Part shown: piece after piece, positions 1 through 26,649 of the stretch
Numbering within the stretch: position 1 is the stretch's first letter
Layout of the letters: each line of letters starts with the position of its first letter
DNA from: Blastocystis sp. Blastoise
Lineage: Eukaryota; Protista; Bigyra: Opalinata
NCBI GenBank assembly: GCA_039096225.1
Contig: JBBPEB010000032.1
Coordinates: 868,001 to 932,000, forward strand
DNA length: 64,000 nt
Direction of reading: 5' to 3'
Position numbers and translations under genes: made by a program
The notes under the pieces: generated by a model
Database searches by the model: none
The model's input: only the letters and a program-made list of their open reading frames with translations
Told to the model about the DNA's origin: nothing

Positions 1-65
1 AAAAACATAATGAAATTGATATTGCTTTCCAATAACTATAAATAATATTAATAAATGTAAAATAC

Positions 66-541
66 CTTCGAAATAAAGATAAACACCGTTCTTTCTTCTC
101 CAGGATTTACGTTGTCTAACGACAAGAGCAGGAGTAACCATATAAAAATATCACACATAAATAGTTTAATATGTAATTACGAACAAAAATAAGCATATAA
201 AAAATAGGAAGATAGATTTCTTCTTATAAAGAACTCAAAAAAAAAGAAAATATAAATAAAAGGAGTAACCTTCTTACGAAGTTCGGGAGAACCCTTCTTG
301 ACAGAAGCCATGAACATATCACCGACAGAGGCGGAAGGAAGCATGTTAAGTGTACCCTTGACACCAGTAACGGAAATGACATAGAGATTCTTGGCACCAG
401 TGTTATCAGCACAATTTAAGATAGCACAGTTGGGTAAACCAAGAGTAGTTCTGAATTTTTGACCAGTAGCACCAGCACGACCACGACATAATATTACCTA
501 CAAACAAGTAATTAAGCAAACATACCACGTTTAGAAGACAT
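66..541 (-). CDS. RPL23: 60S ribosomal protein uL14/L23 (3' end runs off the left edge)
   Basis: Exons 541-526, 481-269, 137-66 translate to [41 protein letters not shown]...[34 protein letters not shown]. Two introns have non-canonical ends (see findings). Confidence 0.97.
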
Positions 542-1004
542 TGTTATGTATTACACAGAAACTATGGAAAAGTAATAAAAGGTTTTTCTTATAATTTTTC
601 TTAGAAGTCATTCAACAAATTTTGAGAAAGAGATGGCCCTTTTTAGAACTTATATACCTTTTATTACTATAGAATTAGGATCCATATATTCTTTTTGTAG
701 GGAATTATTTAGGGTCCCTCCTCTTGTATAAGAATAGTGCCAAAAAGAAAGCAGTTTCATGGTTATTCATTTTTAAGCCTAAAAACCGAAGAAAACAAAT
801 TGGACTTTTTTTGAAAAACCATGGTTTTTTTACAATTCCTAAAAAGTGGGCATTACCCAGAAAAGACATATTCCATGATTATATTAAAAATGTATTGAAA
901 TAAATACTGTTTTCCTTAATTATTTCTGTTTGGTCTTTAAAGAACAATAATTATTTATAGATACATGATTTGGAATAGTTAAGTACTAAGTTATTAATCC
1001 TGTA

Positions 1005-1867
1005 ATGAATGCCAAAGAGAAAGAAAAAATTGATAAATTTTATGCAATTATTGATGGAATTAATTCTGAAAACCAAGTAGTTCCAGAGATAAAGGTATGT
1101 TTTCTAATATTTACTATTATAATATGATCATTTATAGCCTTATCAAAGTAAAAGAAAAACAAAAGATGCTAAGAATGGTGTGTCTAGTGATGAAGATAGC
1201 GATTCTGATGTTGAAATACCGATATCTTTGCCTTTGACTTCAACTGAAGAAAATGAAACCGTAGAAAACATGGAGACGAGTCATATTCAGCAATGTGTTG
1301 AAATCGAAGAAAAAAACAATACCAATTCGACTAATAATGAGGTAAAGAATACAGATGTTGATGAAGAATTAAAAAAAGAAATCGTTTTATCCATACGAGA
1401 AAAACTGAAGAAGAAAAATAAAGATAAATTACAAAAATAGTATCTATCTCCAATTAGTGACTCTATCCTTTTACTTATATTAATTATGATTCAATATTAT
1501 GAATACTTTCATTTTGTCTATCATTTTATATATATATATATAGTAAGCCTGTATTACCCGAAAAGCATTTCGTTGACCCGCTAAGTAAATTAGATGTGGA
1601 TGAACAAAAAAGAATACAAAAAGAAGCTCCAAAAGTCACTTTTTCTAGAATAGGATATGGAGTGACTAAAGAGCAAGCACAGAAAGCACAAGAATACACA
1701 CAGAGAAAGTATGTTTCATTGATATTTATGTTTATAATCATATAACGGTTTAAGTGTACATAAATTAATATTTATTTTCCTTATTTTTTTTTAATATTTT
1801 TTTGTTTAGAATGATGCAAAGAATGTGTGGAAGAGATTGGAGACAGAATAATCAAAGGAGGCGCTAG
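1005..1867 (+). CDS. Hypothetical acidic/basic protein, 4 exons
   Basis: GT-AG introns join MNAKEKEK..., ORF 1180-1440 and KPVLPEKHF...MMQRMCGRDWRQNNQRRR* in frame; no family recognised. Confidence 0.7.
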
Positions 1868-2200
1868 TATTATGAAATTATTAACAAAATTCTATTCATT
1901 TTTCCATTTCTCTTTTTTAATCACTTTTCTCCTTTTCAAATTACTTTTATGAAAATACTTAGATACTTTTAAATAGGTTATATTTCTAAAATACCATTTT
2001 TTAGTTCACTTTTGTCATCGGACATCAGAATAATCACGAAAATTAATAGTTTCTAATCTTATATATGAAAATTATCACTATAAGATATATATAAATAAAA
2101 CGTTATTGACGGTAAACTCACTTGTCACTAAAATAAGGAAAAAAGAAAACAAAGAACAAAAAAGAAAACATTATTTTTTTGCTATTATTTTCTTGTTAGC

Positions 2201-2573
2201 ATGCCTGAGAAGCCACCGATTATTAAAGAATACAAGAGAGGAGGTTTCTTTGGTAACCCTAGATTCTTTAAGTGGATTAAGTCTGGAGCTGTGATTACTG
2301 CTATAGGTCTTTCGTGGTATATGATTTTTTATATGCCTTATCCTATGGTTAATGGTCAAGATCATTGTTTTACAGGAGTATATTTATCGCTTTCTACCTT
2401 TTTTTCTTTCTCTGTTATCTATTTTCTGCATTGGAAAATGAATTTATAAATATAAAAACACTTTTAGTATAGTCATTTCACTTTTTTCTATTTTTCTATA
2501 GATTCGAAAGAAGTATTTTTTATTTAGAGATCAGTTCTTTGGAGTTAACAACAACGAATCTAAAAAAGAATAA
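2201..2573 (+). CDS. Small single-pass membrane protein (~82 aa), 2 exons
   Basis: MPEKPP...AVITAIGLSWYMIFYM (TM)...DHCFTG|IRKKYFLFRDQFFG...; GT-AG intron ~2378-2501. Confidence 0.75.
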
Positions 2574-2784
2574 AAATATATATTAAAAGACGTTTTTTAT
2601 ATTATTACTGTTTTCCTCTTTTCACTTTTATATATTCTTGTTTATCCTCTTCAGTGAATTTCTCCTTTTTTTTTTGGTTTGATTTGTTTATATGATCATA
2701 ACTAAATTATACAATAAAAACTGATAAAATACAAAACAATATCTAGAATATAAATAATCTTGGATAGAATAGAAAATAATTACT

Positions 2785-5005
2785 TTATTTGGAAATTAAG
2801 AAATTAAATACATCTCCGTCTTGACATATATAGCTTTTCCCTTCAGCTCGAATCTTACCAGCAGTACGAGCAGCACTCTCAGTTTCTATATAAAAGAAAA
2901 GTCAGAAAAAAATAGAAGATTTAATAGGTATTTAATACTATTGTTCATTCTTTTAATAATAATTTTATTTTTATGATATATATATACTATAGAGAATGTA
3001 ATCTTCATAAGAAATAGTCTCTGCTTTTACAAATTTCTTTATGAAATCAGTATGTATACACCCAGCCGCCTATATATAATATAGAGTATATTGTATATTA
3101 TATATATTTTATACAATACTATATATATTGCATATCATAGTATATAATATATTATATATATAATATGTTAATACTAGAAAATAGATATATTTACTTGGAC
3201 TGCTGTATCTCCCTTATTAATAAACCACGCGCGGGATTCATCTTCACCTGTAGTGTAAAACGTATTTATATTTAATAACTTATTAGCTTTCGCAGCAATC
3301 TAAATGTAGTTAGATTATTAGTATTCTGATAGTTATATACATATAGAGAGAGAGAATAAATAAATAAATAAATAGAATAATTGAATACTCATTGTATTAT
3401 CAATGAAGAAAAATAATTTAATAACAATATAATTTTCTATATACATATATATATATACCTTTTTGATTCCAGTTTGAGTAACACCACTACTTTTTAAGTA
3501 TTCTAACTGACTCTCTTCGTCCTCGAATTCGGAAGCTTCTTCTTCTAGTTTTGCAGAGATAACAACGTAGTCTTCTTCCTTTGTCAGGGAGGTCTCCGAG
3601 ACTTTGGAGGGATGAGATTTCGACTTTATATACTCAATAGCTTTCTTACTATGTGTATTTCCTATAGTAATGTATATATATATGAATAGAAGGATATATA
3701 TATATGAGATATAAAGAATAATAAGTATATATGAATAGTAGAAAGAAAACAGAAGAGAGATTAATAATTAAAAAGCAAACAAAACTATATATATATATAA
3801 CTAGTAGAATCATAACAATAGACTCTATACCTTCTACAACATCTTTTATATCGACATGTAATACATATAACATCGGTTTAATAGTCAATAAATTATAAAG
3901 TTGAAGAAATGAACGTTCTTTTTCCGTATATTCTATTGAAGACAAGGGTTTCTCTGTATATAGATTATATAGATTATATAGATTATATAGATTGATTATA
4001 TAGATTATAGAGATTATATAGATTATATAGATTATATAGATTGTATAATTTTTAAAATTTATATAATTTATATAGATTATATAGATTGTATAATTTTTAA
4101 AATTTATATAATTTATATAGATTATATAGATTGTATAATTTTTATAATTTATATAAATTATATAATTTATATAATTTATATAGATTATATAGATTATATA
4201 TATATATAAACATAATACAAATAGAATACTATTTATACATGAACAAACATATAAATAAATATAGAATAATATATATATATATACCATCATAAATACAAGC
4301 AATAGATTTGTCAAGCACTTGATTAGCTAATTTATCATTACTAGATTTCAACTTATCTTTCTGTTTTTCTAATAATTGTAAATCAGCCAATAATAATTCA
4401 TTATTCACAATTTCTAGATCTCGGACGGGATCAATTGTATTTTCAACATGAATAATATCAGGATCTTCAAAACATCGTAATACATGTAATATCATATCAA
4501 CATTACGAATATTACTTAAGAACTGATTACCTAAAGACTAAAATAATTGTTTTTTCATTTGTACAGTAAATACCTAATCCATTTCCTTTACTAGCACCTT
4601 TCACAAGTCCAGCTATATCAATAAATTGCATTTGTGCTTTTACAACCTTCCTTGAAGAATTTAAAATTGCTAATTGTGTTAATCTTTCATCAGGAACGGA
4701 AATAGCTAAACATATTCATGATGTACATATTATAAATATATTTTTCAACACATATAAACACAAAAAAAAAGACATTCATTACAAAAAGAAAGTAACATTA
4801 TTAGCATACTAGCTTTGTTTGGTTCTATTGTGCAGAATGGATAGTTTGCAGCTTCAGCAAGTTGTGTTTTTGTTAAAGCATTGAAAAGCGTTGATTTACC
4901 AATGTTAGGCAAACCTACTATACCACAAGATTTCAATCCACGAGATAGAACAGTGATAGGTAGTTTATTATTTACTCTTACTTTAACGAAAAGAGACGCA
5001 AACAT
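2785..5005 (-). CDS. ychF: Obg-like ATPase YchF/OLA1, probably organelle-targeted
   Basis: [43 protein letters not shown]-terminal AAGCIHTDF...YMVQDGD-like TGS domain; basic N-terminal extension. Confidence 0.95.
3958..4200. repeat. Intronic minisatellite (9-bp TAGATTATA units plus ~48-bp higher-order unit)
   Basis: Direct tandem copies within a YchF intron. Confidence 0.85.
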
Positions 5006-5249
5006 AATTATAAAAATAAAACACAAGAAACAAAAGAAATTGTATTAGATTTTGTTTCTTGAATATACAATAAAGTAAAAATGTAATAATATTTTTATAT
5101 ATGTTCATTGAATGCATTTACATGCTATAAATAATATGTCTCTTCATTTTATTTAATATATCAACACAAAAACAAAAATTATTTTGATGAAGTTTATCTT
5201 ATGAGTTTCTTTTAAAGTATATTTATAAAATAGCTAAATAAGAACACAA

Positions 5250-6254
5250 TTATAGGTCTTCCTTAATAGTTTCAGAAAAGAAACATCCAATTTGTTCCAA
5301 AATGGTTTCATCAACTTCAGTTCTTTCATGTAGTTGGGCAACGGTAGCAGAGGAAATATTTGTAATCGTCTCTGTAAAATCTATATACAAATACTAATAA
5401 CATAAACATACTTTGTGCATAAAGAATGTCTAGAGCTTCTTCCTTTTTCATTTGTGGACAAGTAGGAATGGATTGAAGTACACTACAAGCTGTATCATCA
5501 GATAGAAATGAGTCTTGAATCTATATAAGTTGCTATTATCAATTATATTTAACTTATTTATACTCGATTTAATTTTTGTGTCACCTATAAAGTATATGGA
5601 TTATGTAATCTATTACAAATATCTTAATATAATTACTGTATACTGTTTCTTTCTTATCGCTTCCTAAAGCATCCATGATATTCAACTAGAATTAAAAAAT
5701 GATAAATGAATTAATATGTTATATATACAATTGTTCCTCCTGTTTCAATCATGGAATTACTGAATAGCAATCGTGTTGTATTTGTGCATATTCTAATATA
5801 TTGATAGTATATGAGAAAAATAATACTTTGTATATAATGCAAAGATCTCTTCATATTTTGTGAATGGCTGACATATAATAATAAAACTGTTTTTAAAAGT
5901 CGATTGAAACTGTTGTAATCTATATTATTAATAATTATTTACATATATATAGATTAATTATGTAATTTATAATATATTATTTTACAAACCTTTCTTGTAG
6001 ATTCTTGGAATGAAAGGCTTCTTCATCAAGAATTATAAAGGAACCTGATGGTGACCCACTTACAATGATATCCTAAAAATGATGTGAATAAGCATATATG
6101 AGAAGGATATCTATAAAAAAAGTACAGGTAAAATGCTCTCAGAGAATCTGATTTGAAATCCTTTATCTTTGTAGAATTCAAGAAGTTGTTTTCTACTGAA
6201 TGCTTGACGAACAATAACGGTCTTTATACGGTCTTTACTACTTTCTATCGACAT
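5250..6254 (-). CDS. SPO16/PTD/C1orf146-like meiotic ERCC1-fold protein with C-terminal HhH2
   Basis: Spliced product MSIESSKDRIKTVIVRQAFSRKQLLEFYKDKGFQIRFSESILPDIIVSGSPSGSFIILD...RLQQFQSTFKNSFIII...TRLLFSNS...SVLQSIP...TITNISSATVAQLHERTEVDETILEQIGCFF; similarity recognised by eye; all introns GT-AG. Confidence 0.7.
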
Positions 6255-6481
6255 AATAATCACTTATAATTAATCAAGAATCGGCACTTTATAACAGTGA
6301 TTTCGATGAAATTAATAGCTTTATATAGTTTGTTTTCTTGTTTTTCGTCCTAATCAGCTGTCTTATTTTTATTTTATTGAAAATGAAGATATTTTTTTAA
6401 AGGAGGGAAATTGATTCAACTCTTGTTTTCTCTTACAAAAAAGTAGATATTATTTTATATTGTACACACGATAATATTAAA

Positions 6482-7844
6482 ATGGTAGCTTATATATGAA
6501 TTAAATAATTAATATAGGCGACAATGATGATGAAACAAAAAACCGAAATGGTTTCCTGTCAACAATCTGTATTATTAAAATTATATATATGTACATATAT
6601 TTATATATGAACAGATTGCTGTTGTTAAGAATATGATCCGAACTTCAGTATATCATTTTTTTATTCGTTGTTTATTCTTCATTAGATTAGTGAGATTTGT
6701 TATTTGAGAAATATTTTTGATGGTAATTTTCATAAACAATATCGATAGAGTATTGTATATCTAGGTGAATGCTTTCGGAAGAAGAATTACGCTGGAATGA
6801 TGATTAATGCACTCCATCCACTTGATAAAAAAGAATCTGGAGAATCTGAAGTTCATTCAAATGAAGCATGGAATGTATGATATACCTATATACTAATCTA
6901 AATTTGAATATTTCTTTAGTTGACTCGATGGTTAGAAGAAGGAGTTTTCGGTATATTATTCTTCCTTTTAGTTTTTTAATTCTTTAGAGGCCCTTGAAAA
7001 GAAGTATTTACGTGGTATGATATTTGCTATTTATGATCTTCCAATAGAAGATGAGAATACATCTCTTCTTGAAGCCTATTATTGTATATATAAATATATA
7101 TATTATATATTTATTTACTTATTTATTTATTTGTATGAAATAGATAAGATCACATATCCTTCTGATGGAAATGTCTCTCTTGAATATACATCATCTCATA
7201 GTGGAAATACGTATAATCCCCGTGAAAATGATGACAACAATATATATACAACAGATTCTATTCGAAATCAAGCTGTATATATTAATATAGAAAAGAAACA
7301 AAAATCTATACTATATGTGGTTATCTATCTATATATATATTCTTATAGGTCATTATGATTCGTACATTAATATCGTTATGTAGTACGTTGGACCCTCTTC
7401 CTGTACAACGATATGTAACGATGAAACTATATTATTATGATGATGTTACTGTATATTTATTATTATTATTATTAATATTTTTATTATATAATAATAATAA
7501 TAATAATAATAATTATTATTATTATATATCTATTATTATTATTATTAATATCTATCTAGCCTCCGGAGTATCAGCCTACATTCTTTACCGATGCGAATGG
7601 CGAACAATTCCGCGGGAAAATGAATATTTCAGCTGAAGATATGGAAATGGATATTGGAAAAATCAAAACTGTATATATGATTCTAATATTATACATATAC
7701 TTACATATATAGCCTTATCATTCAATATCTATGTGTATAAAAACTAAGGACAATCTTCAAGGTATATTTATAATAATATATATATATGTATATATGTGTA
7801 TATATAGCACAAAGTGAAGTAATCCAGGAAACAAAAGTATTCAT

Positions 7845-7921
<77 letters not shown>

Positions 7922-8460
7922 TAAATCTATATATAGGTTGATAGTAGTCAATCTGAATCAAAAATGTATGCTTATATATATGTATATATGAATATATATA
8001 TAGCCAACCTCCTCCATCTCCTGTTTATTCGATTCATATCAATCCAAATGATCATCTGTATATATATATACATATATATATTACTATATCTAATATTATG
8101 TAGTTATAATAATTGTGTTTCTGTTATACTTACCAATGACGCACCCTATGTCTCTGCCACATCATTAGATCGTCTTCTTCATGAAGGACCTAAAACATGT
8201 CGTCAGTTACTTCAACGACTCGAAAAAGATAAAATAGTCGACCGATATGATCCTAAACACTATGGACGTCAAGTCCTTCGAAATGAGTATACATCACAAT
8301 ATTTACGGGAATTAAAGACAATTATGAATGAGAATAACGATAATTCCCACGAAAATGAGGCAACTAATAAAGAAGGTAATTAGATAATATATATATACTT
8401 ATATATATAGTTATATTACCAACAGCTGTTTCTTCTTCTCAACAATATTATCAAAGTATA

Positions 8461-8544
<84 letters not shown>

Positions 8545-8619
8545 GTTGAAGGGAGTGTACAGAGAAAAAAGAATGAACAAATGAGATTGAATTATGGAAC
8601 TGTAAATATATATATATTA

Positions 8620-8664
<45 letters not shown>

Positions 8665-9079
8665 CCATCGTCAGAGATACCTGCAAGTCAAAATAGTGTA
8701 TATATTTTCAGTTATTTCTTTAATAAATATATATATATAGGTTCAAATTCTTATGAACAATAATAAACAGTATATATATATATATAATTATATATATAAT
8801 TATATATATATATATAGGCGTATTATTACACCTCCAAATATGAAACGAGATGCATCGCAATGTATATATATATATATATATTATTAATAATAATATAGTT
8901 ACAAAATGTAGTGCTGCAAAACGACCTATTGAACAAGTATATTTATATTATAATTTATTATTATATATATATTATAATTTATTATTATATATATACATCA
9001 TGATTTATAACTATATATATACATTATAATTTATTACTATATATAGATTAATGTGAATAAACGTAAACGTACTTATTAA
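6482..9079 (+). CDS. HOP1: Meiotic HORMA-domain axis protein HOP1/HORMAD/ASY1 (~22 exons)
   Basis: [70 protein letters not shown]; central winged-helix-like segment; C-terminal closure-motif-like [11 protein letters not shown]. Confidence 0.93.
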
Positions 9080-9253
9080 AATTTGTTATATATAATCTTT
9101 ATCTTTTGTAATATATGTTTTATTTGTCTGAATATACTTTTGTTGTGTAATCAAGAGAATAAACTAACAAGAAATGAGACAATAAACATACATGAAGAGT
9201 ACAAGGAAAAAGGAAAAAGATGAAAAATAGAAAATGGAAATATATATATATAT

Positions 9254-9732
9254 TTAAGTATCAATAACACTGAATTCTGCTTTATCTTCAAGTGGTCTGT
9301 ATACCAAGAATGTAGAATCAGCAGAGAATAAACCTATATATATAGTCATAGTTATATAATTATATCATATATATATATACCTGGTGATACAACATTACAA
9401 TCTTCAAATCCACGAATATATCCAGAATGATGATCTGCTAAAACTAACTATATATATAAACATATATATATATATATATAAACATATATATATACAATAT
9501 CTGGAAGAGGGAAAAGCCTTAAGAAAGGATCGTATTTATAGATAGGGGAAGAGACGTTGGCTGGTAGGGGACATAAATGAGATTGTTCCATGATCGTTTT
9601 TACTAAGAGTTCAATATAATCCACATCTTTCTCTTCATATATTTTTAAATAATTATTTCTGAACTTTTTAATCAATTCATCCTTAAAAATAACTATCTCC
9701 TGTGTAAAATAACGTATTCTATATATATATAG

Positions 9733-9778
<46 letters not shown>

Positions 9779-10368
9779 GCATGGGTTTGTTGTGAATGTG
9801 ATGTTTTTGCATACTTGCTCTAATTTGGAGGTGAAAAAATGAGGTATCTATATATATATATATAATGAAATGATAGATAAATCTTTAGAGACTAATCGAT
9901 AATATTAATGTAATTAATTTACTAATGGTACTGATAATAATAATAATCATAAGAATAAACATAATAATAATAATATATATATATATACTCTATTTTGAGG
10001 AATTAAGTTATTATTACCAACATCATGAGGTCCAGGAATAATAATAAACCGCGATTTTTCTGCAATTTCTGGGTACTTTTGAATAATATTCGAAAATGAA
10101 TCGAATGCACTTTTAACATAAGATGGATCAAATGACTCACCTTCTAAAGAATGGTCTTTAGAAATAAAATTGCCAATAAATATAAATAAAGGTGTTGAAT
10201 GAACTTCAGCGATTCCCTTAAATAATATATCCAATCTGGTTAATACCTATATATTTATAATATATAATATATATATATATACGTTTTGTTCATCTAAGAA
10301 TACTTCTTGTAGAATAACCATCATCGTCGATTTATACTCATTCTGAGCTTCTAACATAGTACTATATT

Positions 10369-10413
<45 letters not shown>

Positions 10414-11862
10414 ATATAACTATATTATATAAATAATACATAATAATAATAATAATAATAAATATATATATTCTTCACTATTTGGTGCAAAATCTAAGAT
10501 GGAGATTTGTTTTAAAAGAGAGAGGGATTGAGCCCGCGATTCACTTGGCGGGAATCCAATTTGCTACATTATAATAAATAAATATATATATATGAATATC
10601 ATATTAATCATGATAAATAAGAGAATATAGTTATATAATAATGATTATGAATGTACAGTGATCATGAAAACATCATCTTCCATATATCCTTCTGCAATCA
10701 CTATACAGTTTTCAGTAAATATTCCTTTATTCCATTTCTATATATATATATATATTCTTATACTTATTCTTATGAATAATACAGATATACATACATATAA
10801 TAGAATATATACTATATATATACTGTTTTAGAAATATTACACTGAACGCGACCATTGAGATCTTCGATATATAAATCATCCTTATCCCCGCGGTAAAGTG
10901 ACCCCAATAAAATACATGGATCGGTAGTACCAATCAAACTCTCTATACTCGTTATCTATATAATAATATGAGTAATATTAGTATAATAATTATTATTATA
11001 AATATTATTAGTGGAATAATTATTATATTTATAATAATAATATGAGTAATATCAATAATAATAATAATATAATAATAATAAAATATTAATAAAATAATAA
11101 TAAAATAATAATAAAATAATAACAAACATAATAATAATATAATAAACATAATAAACATAATATAAAAAAATTATTAATATCCCTATACAATATACTTTAA
11201 TATAAGGTTGTTTGGAATATTCTAGAATAGGGGGACAAAACGCGTCATTACGAAGAACTCGTTGACGTACGATCTGAAGACTATATATTAAATATAGATA
11301 TACTATATAAAAGTCAAAAAACGAATCATATATACCGTTCTCGAAGCATATCTGTTTTTTCTTTAACTGTCGATAAATATCCTTTACGAGCTTGGTCTCT
11401 ATACTACATAGATGAATCATTATAAACATATACGTATAATATAATTTTCGAGAAGCGTCGAATCGAAGTAAAGGTGTGTCAAAAGCACCAAATACATTAA
11501 TAAAATTACTTAAATGTTCTGTTTCTGTCTTAGTTAACTCACTAATAGCTATATTGATTGACTGAACATCAATAAATCCATCTATTGAAACTTATAACAA
11601 ATAAATAAAAGAAAACACTATACCTGAAGTAACTTGAGAAGCGATTTTATTTGAAATAGTCTTTAGAACATCCTCTGGATTTTCTTGTCTAGTTTGTTAT
11701 AGAATAATATAAACATGTCATACTGTTTCAGGAATGTTAGCAACACTTTCATTGCATCCGTTCTCAATGATCGTCCTATAACCTTGAATTCTTTTATGAC
11801 CTATATATAACAACTATTGTGTTATCAGAATATTAATGACATACATCTCTTTGTTGAATCAT
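9254..11862 (-). CDS. POLE2: DNA polymerase epsilon subunit 2 (DPB2)
   Basis: GIFTENCIVIAEG, FIFIGNF, FIIIPGPHD, TNPCRIRYFTQEIVIF, MEQSHLCPLP, LFPLPDILVLAD. Confidence 0.95.
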
Positions 11863-11930
11863 TGGGATTTAAATCATGAAGAAATTCAAATAACAGAATT
11901 ATTTAGAAACCGCTTTTTCTCGTCAAAAAG

Positions 11931-11938
11931 CCGCCAAA
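11931..11938 (-). promoter_or_regulatory. E2F-like element TTTGGCGG upstream of POLE2
   Basis: CCGCCAAA on + strand ~70 bp upstream of the ATG; matches TTTSSCGS in very AT-rich DNA. Confidence 0.4.
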
Positions 11939-12154
11939 GAGAAACAAATAGAATAACCGTGAAAATGAAATATAAAAAACAAGAAAATTCCAGAAATTTC
12001 CTGAGATAAAACTACCATGCTGACGTTCAGTCAATTTTCATTATGATTATCAAGAAATTTATTTACCATTTTGAGTGATTAAACACCTATTTTAAGAAAA
12101 CCTGGAGTATGGTTATTATGTTGATAAATATTTGCTGCTTAAGGAAAGAATAAA

Positions 12155-12774
12155 ATGGTATGTATTTGTGATATATAAAGTTTTCTATGATGTTAATTGG
12201 GAGGAATGCTCAAACTTATTTTTCTCCCAAGCTTCAAAAACAATTTTTCAACAAATTATCTTCAATGATTCAATTATTATGAGTCCATTTATTTAGACCA
12301 AGGGTACTCCTAGTTTTGGTAAGAGACACGATAAGACTCACACTATCTGCAGAAGATGTGGACGCCGTGCTTATCACATTCAAAAGAGCCAATGTGCTTC
12401 TTGTGGTTATCCCAATGCTAAGACTCGTTCTTATATATATATATTATTTGCCTTATTATTTTTTTTGCTAATTTTCTTTTTTATAAACAGTAAGTTCATT
12501 TTTTTCGTTTTTAGCGACTATTTTATTTTTTTTTATTTCTATTAGTATTGCCCAAAATTACATATATATACATATATATTATATTATTTTTGTATTGAAA
12601 ACAAAAAATAATATTTCACTTATTCTATATATTTTTATTTGTTCTTATGGTTGGGCTCTTAAAGTTTCCAGAAGACGTGGTCAAGGTACTGGCCGTATGT
12701 CTTACATGAAGAACATCCACCGTAGAGCCATTCATGGTTTCCGCTCTGGTGTAGCTCCCGCTAAGAAAAACTAA
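12155..12774 (+). CDS. RPL37: 60S ribosomal protein eL37
   Basis: ATG-only exon 1; exons 12297-12432 and 12647-12774 give [40 protein letters not shown]...GTGRMSYMK. Confidence 0.98.
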
Positions 12775-13259
12775 ATCTTTCAATTTTGAAGGCAGCATCT
12801 AATTTATTCTTTAGTTTCATTTTCAATTCTTATTTATGTTACAGTACACAAAAATCATTACAACAGAGATCTTCCTCCTTTTCTATCCAAATATTTATAT
12901 CTATTAATACTATATGTATTTCTTTATAAAACAGTTATTCCTAATTATATGTATATATATATATATAAGATATTGGCATGAAGATTAGGAGAGGAGATGA
13001 TTGTGACATTGACTTATTAGAATAAAAAGAATAGTTATAAAAGTGTTTTGACATAGAATAGTATAAAAAAGAAGAATACCTTTTATTTTAATAAAATTAC
13101 TGACAAATTTGAATATTCCCGTGAATTGACAAACAATTTTTAAAAAATTCTTATTTGTTACAAAAACGTTTTTTGTATTCATCGAATAAAGACTCTTTTT
13201 ATTTAATATATTTAGTATCCATATTGAATAACCTTGTTTGATACTTACAAGAAATAAAT

Positions 13260-21837
<8,578 letters not shown>

Positions 21838-22240
21838 ACTTTATTATTCTTAACAATCATTCTCTCTCTATATATATATATATATATCGTAAACTATAAA
21901 ATAATGTATACATATATATGCCCATTTTCATTTTTGCAATTTTTCATTTTTCATTTTCACTTTTCACTTTTTTGTTTGTTTCTTTATTGTGCTTTTCTCT
22001 ATGTATACTATTATTCTATTTATTAATTGTTTTATTAGTCATTTTTATTGTTATTACCTCTTTACAGCTTTTTTTTTTTCCACGTTATTATTCTAAGGAT
22101 TGTTTTGTTTTGCTGTTCTATACTATTCATATATCTTCAGAAATATACTTTTTTTACATTTAAATTACAAAAATTTTTATATAATATATTATGCTTTATA
22201 ATTAAAAACAAAACAAGTGAAAAATATGATATTAACTTGT

Positions 22241-26482
<4,242 letters not shown>

Positions 26483-26649
26483 TTTTAACGACATAAACCT
26501 TATTAAAAGTCAATTGTCAATAACCAGAAAAACCCTCCCATTTGATAATTGTATAAATTTAATTAATCTATTTATTCTATACAACTATAAGTTACATATA
26601 TATATCAATATATATAAATGCTTCATAGAAGCAATGAACAATCAATTAG

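Noticed and set aside
1430-1445. Alternative genetic code or readthrough suggested by ORFs stopping mid-gene
   Set aside because: Stops such as TA|G at 1438 and TAA at 59505 fall at or inside GT-AG introns; the standard code explains all exons.
6094-6125. ATATCCTT inside intron 1 of the SPO16-like gene as a second U12 donor
   Set aside because: It is preceded by an in-frame stop and has no U12 branch site; the GT-AG reading restores the frame.
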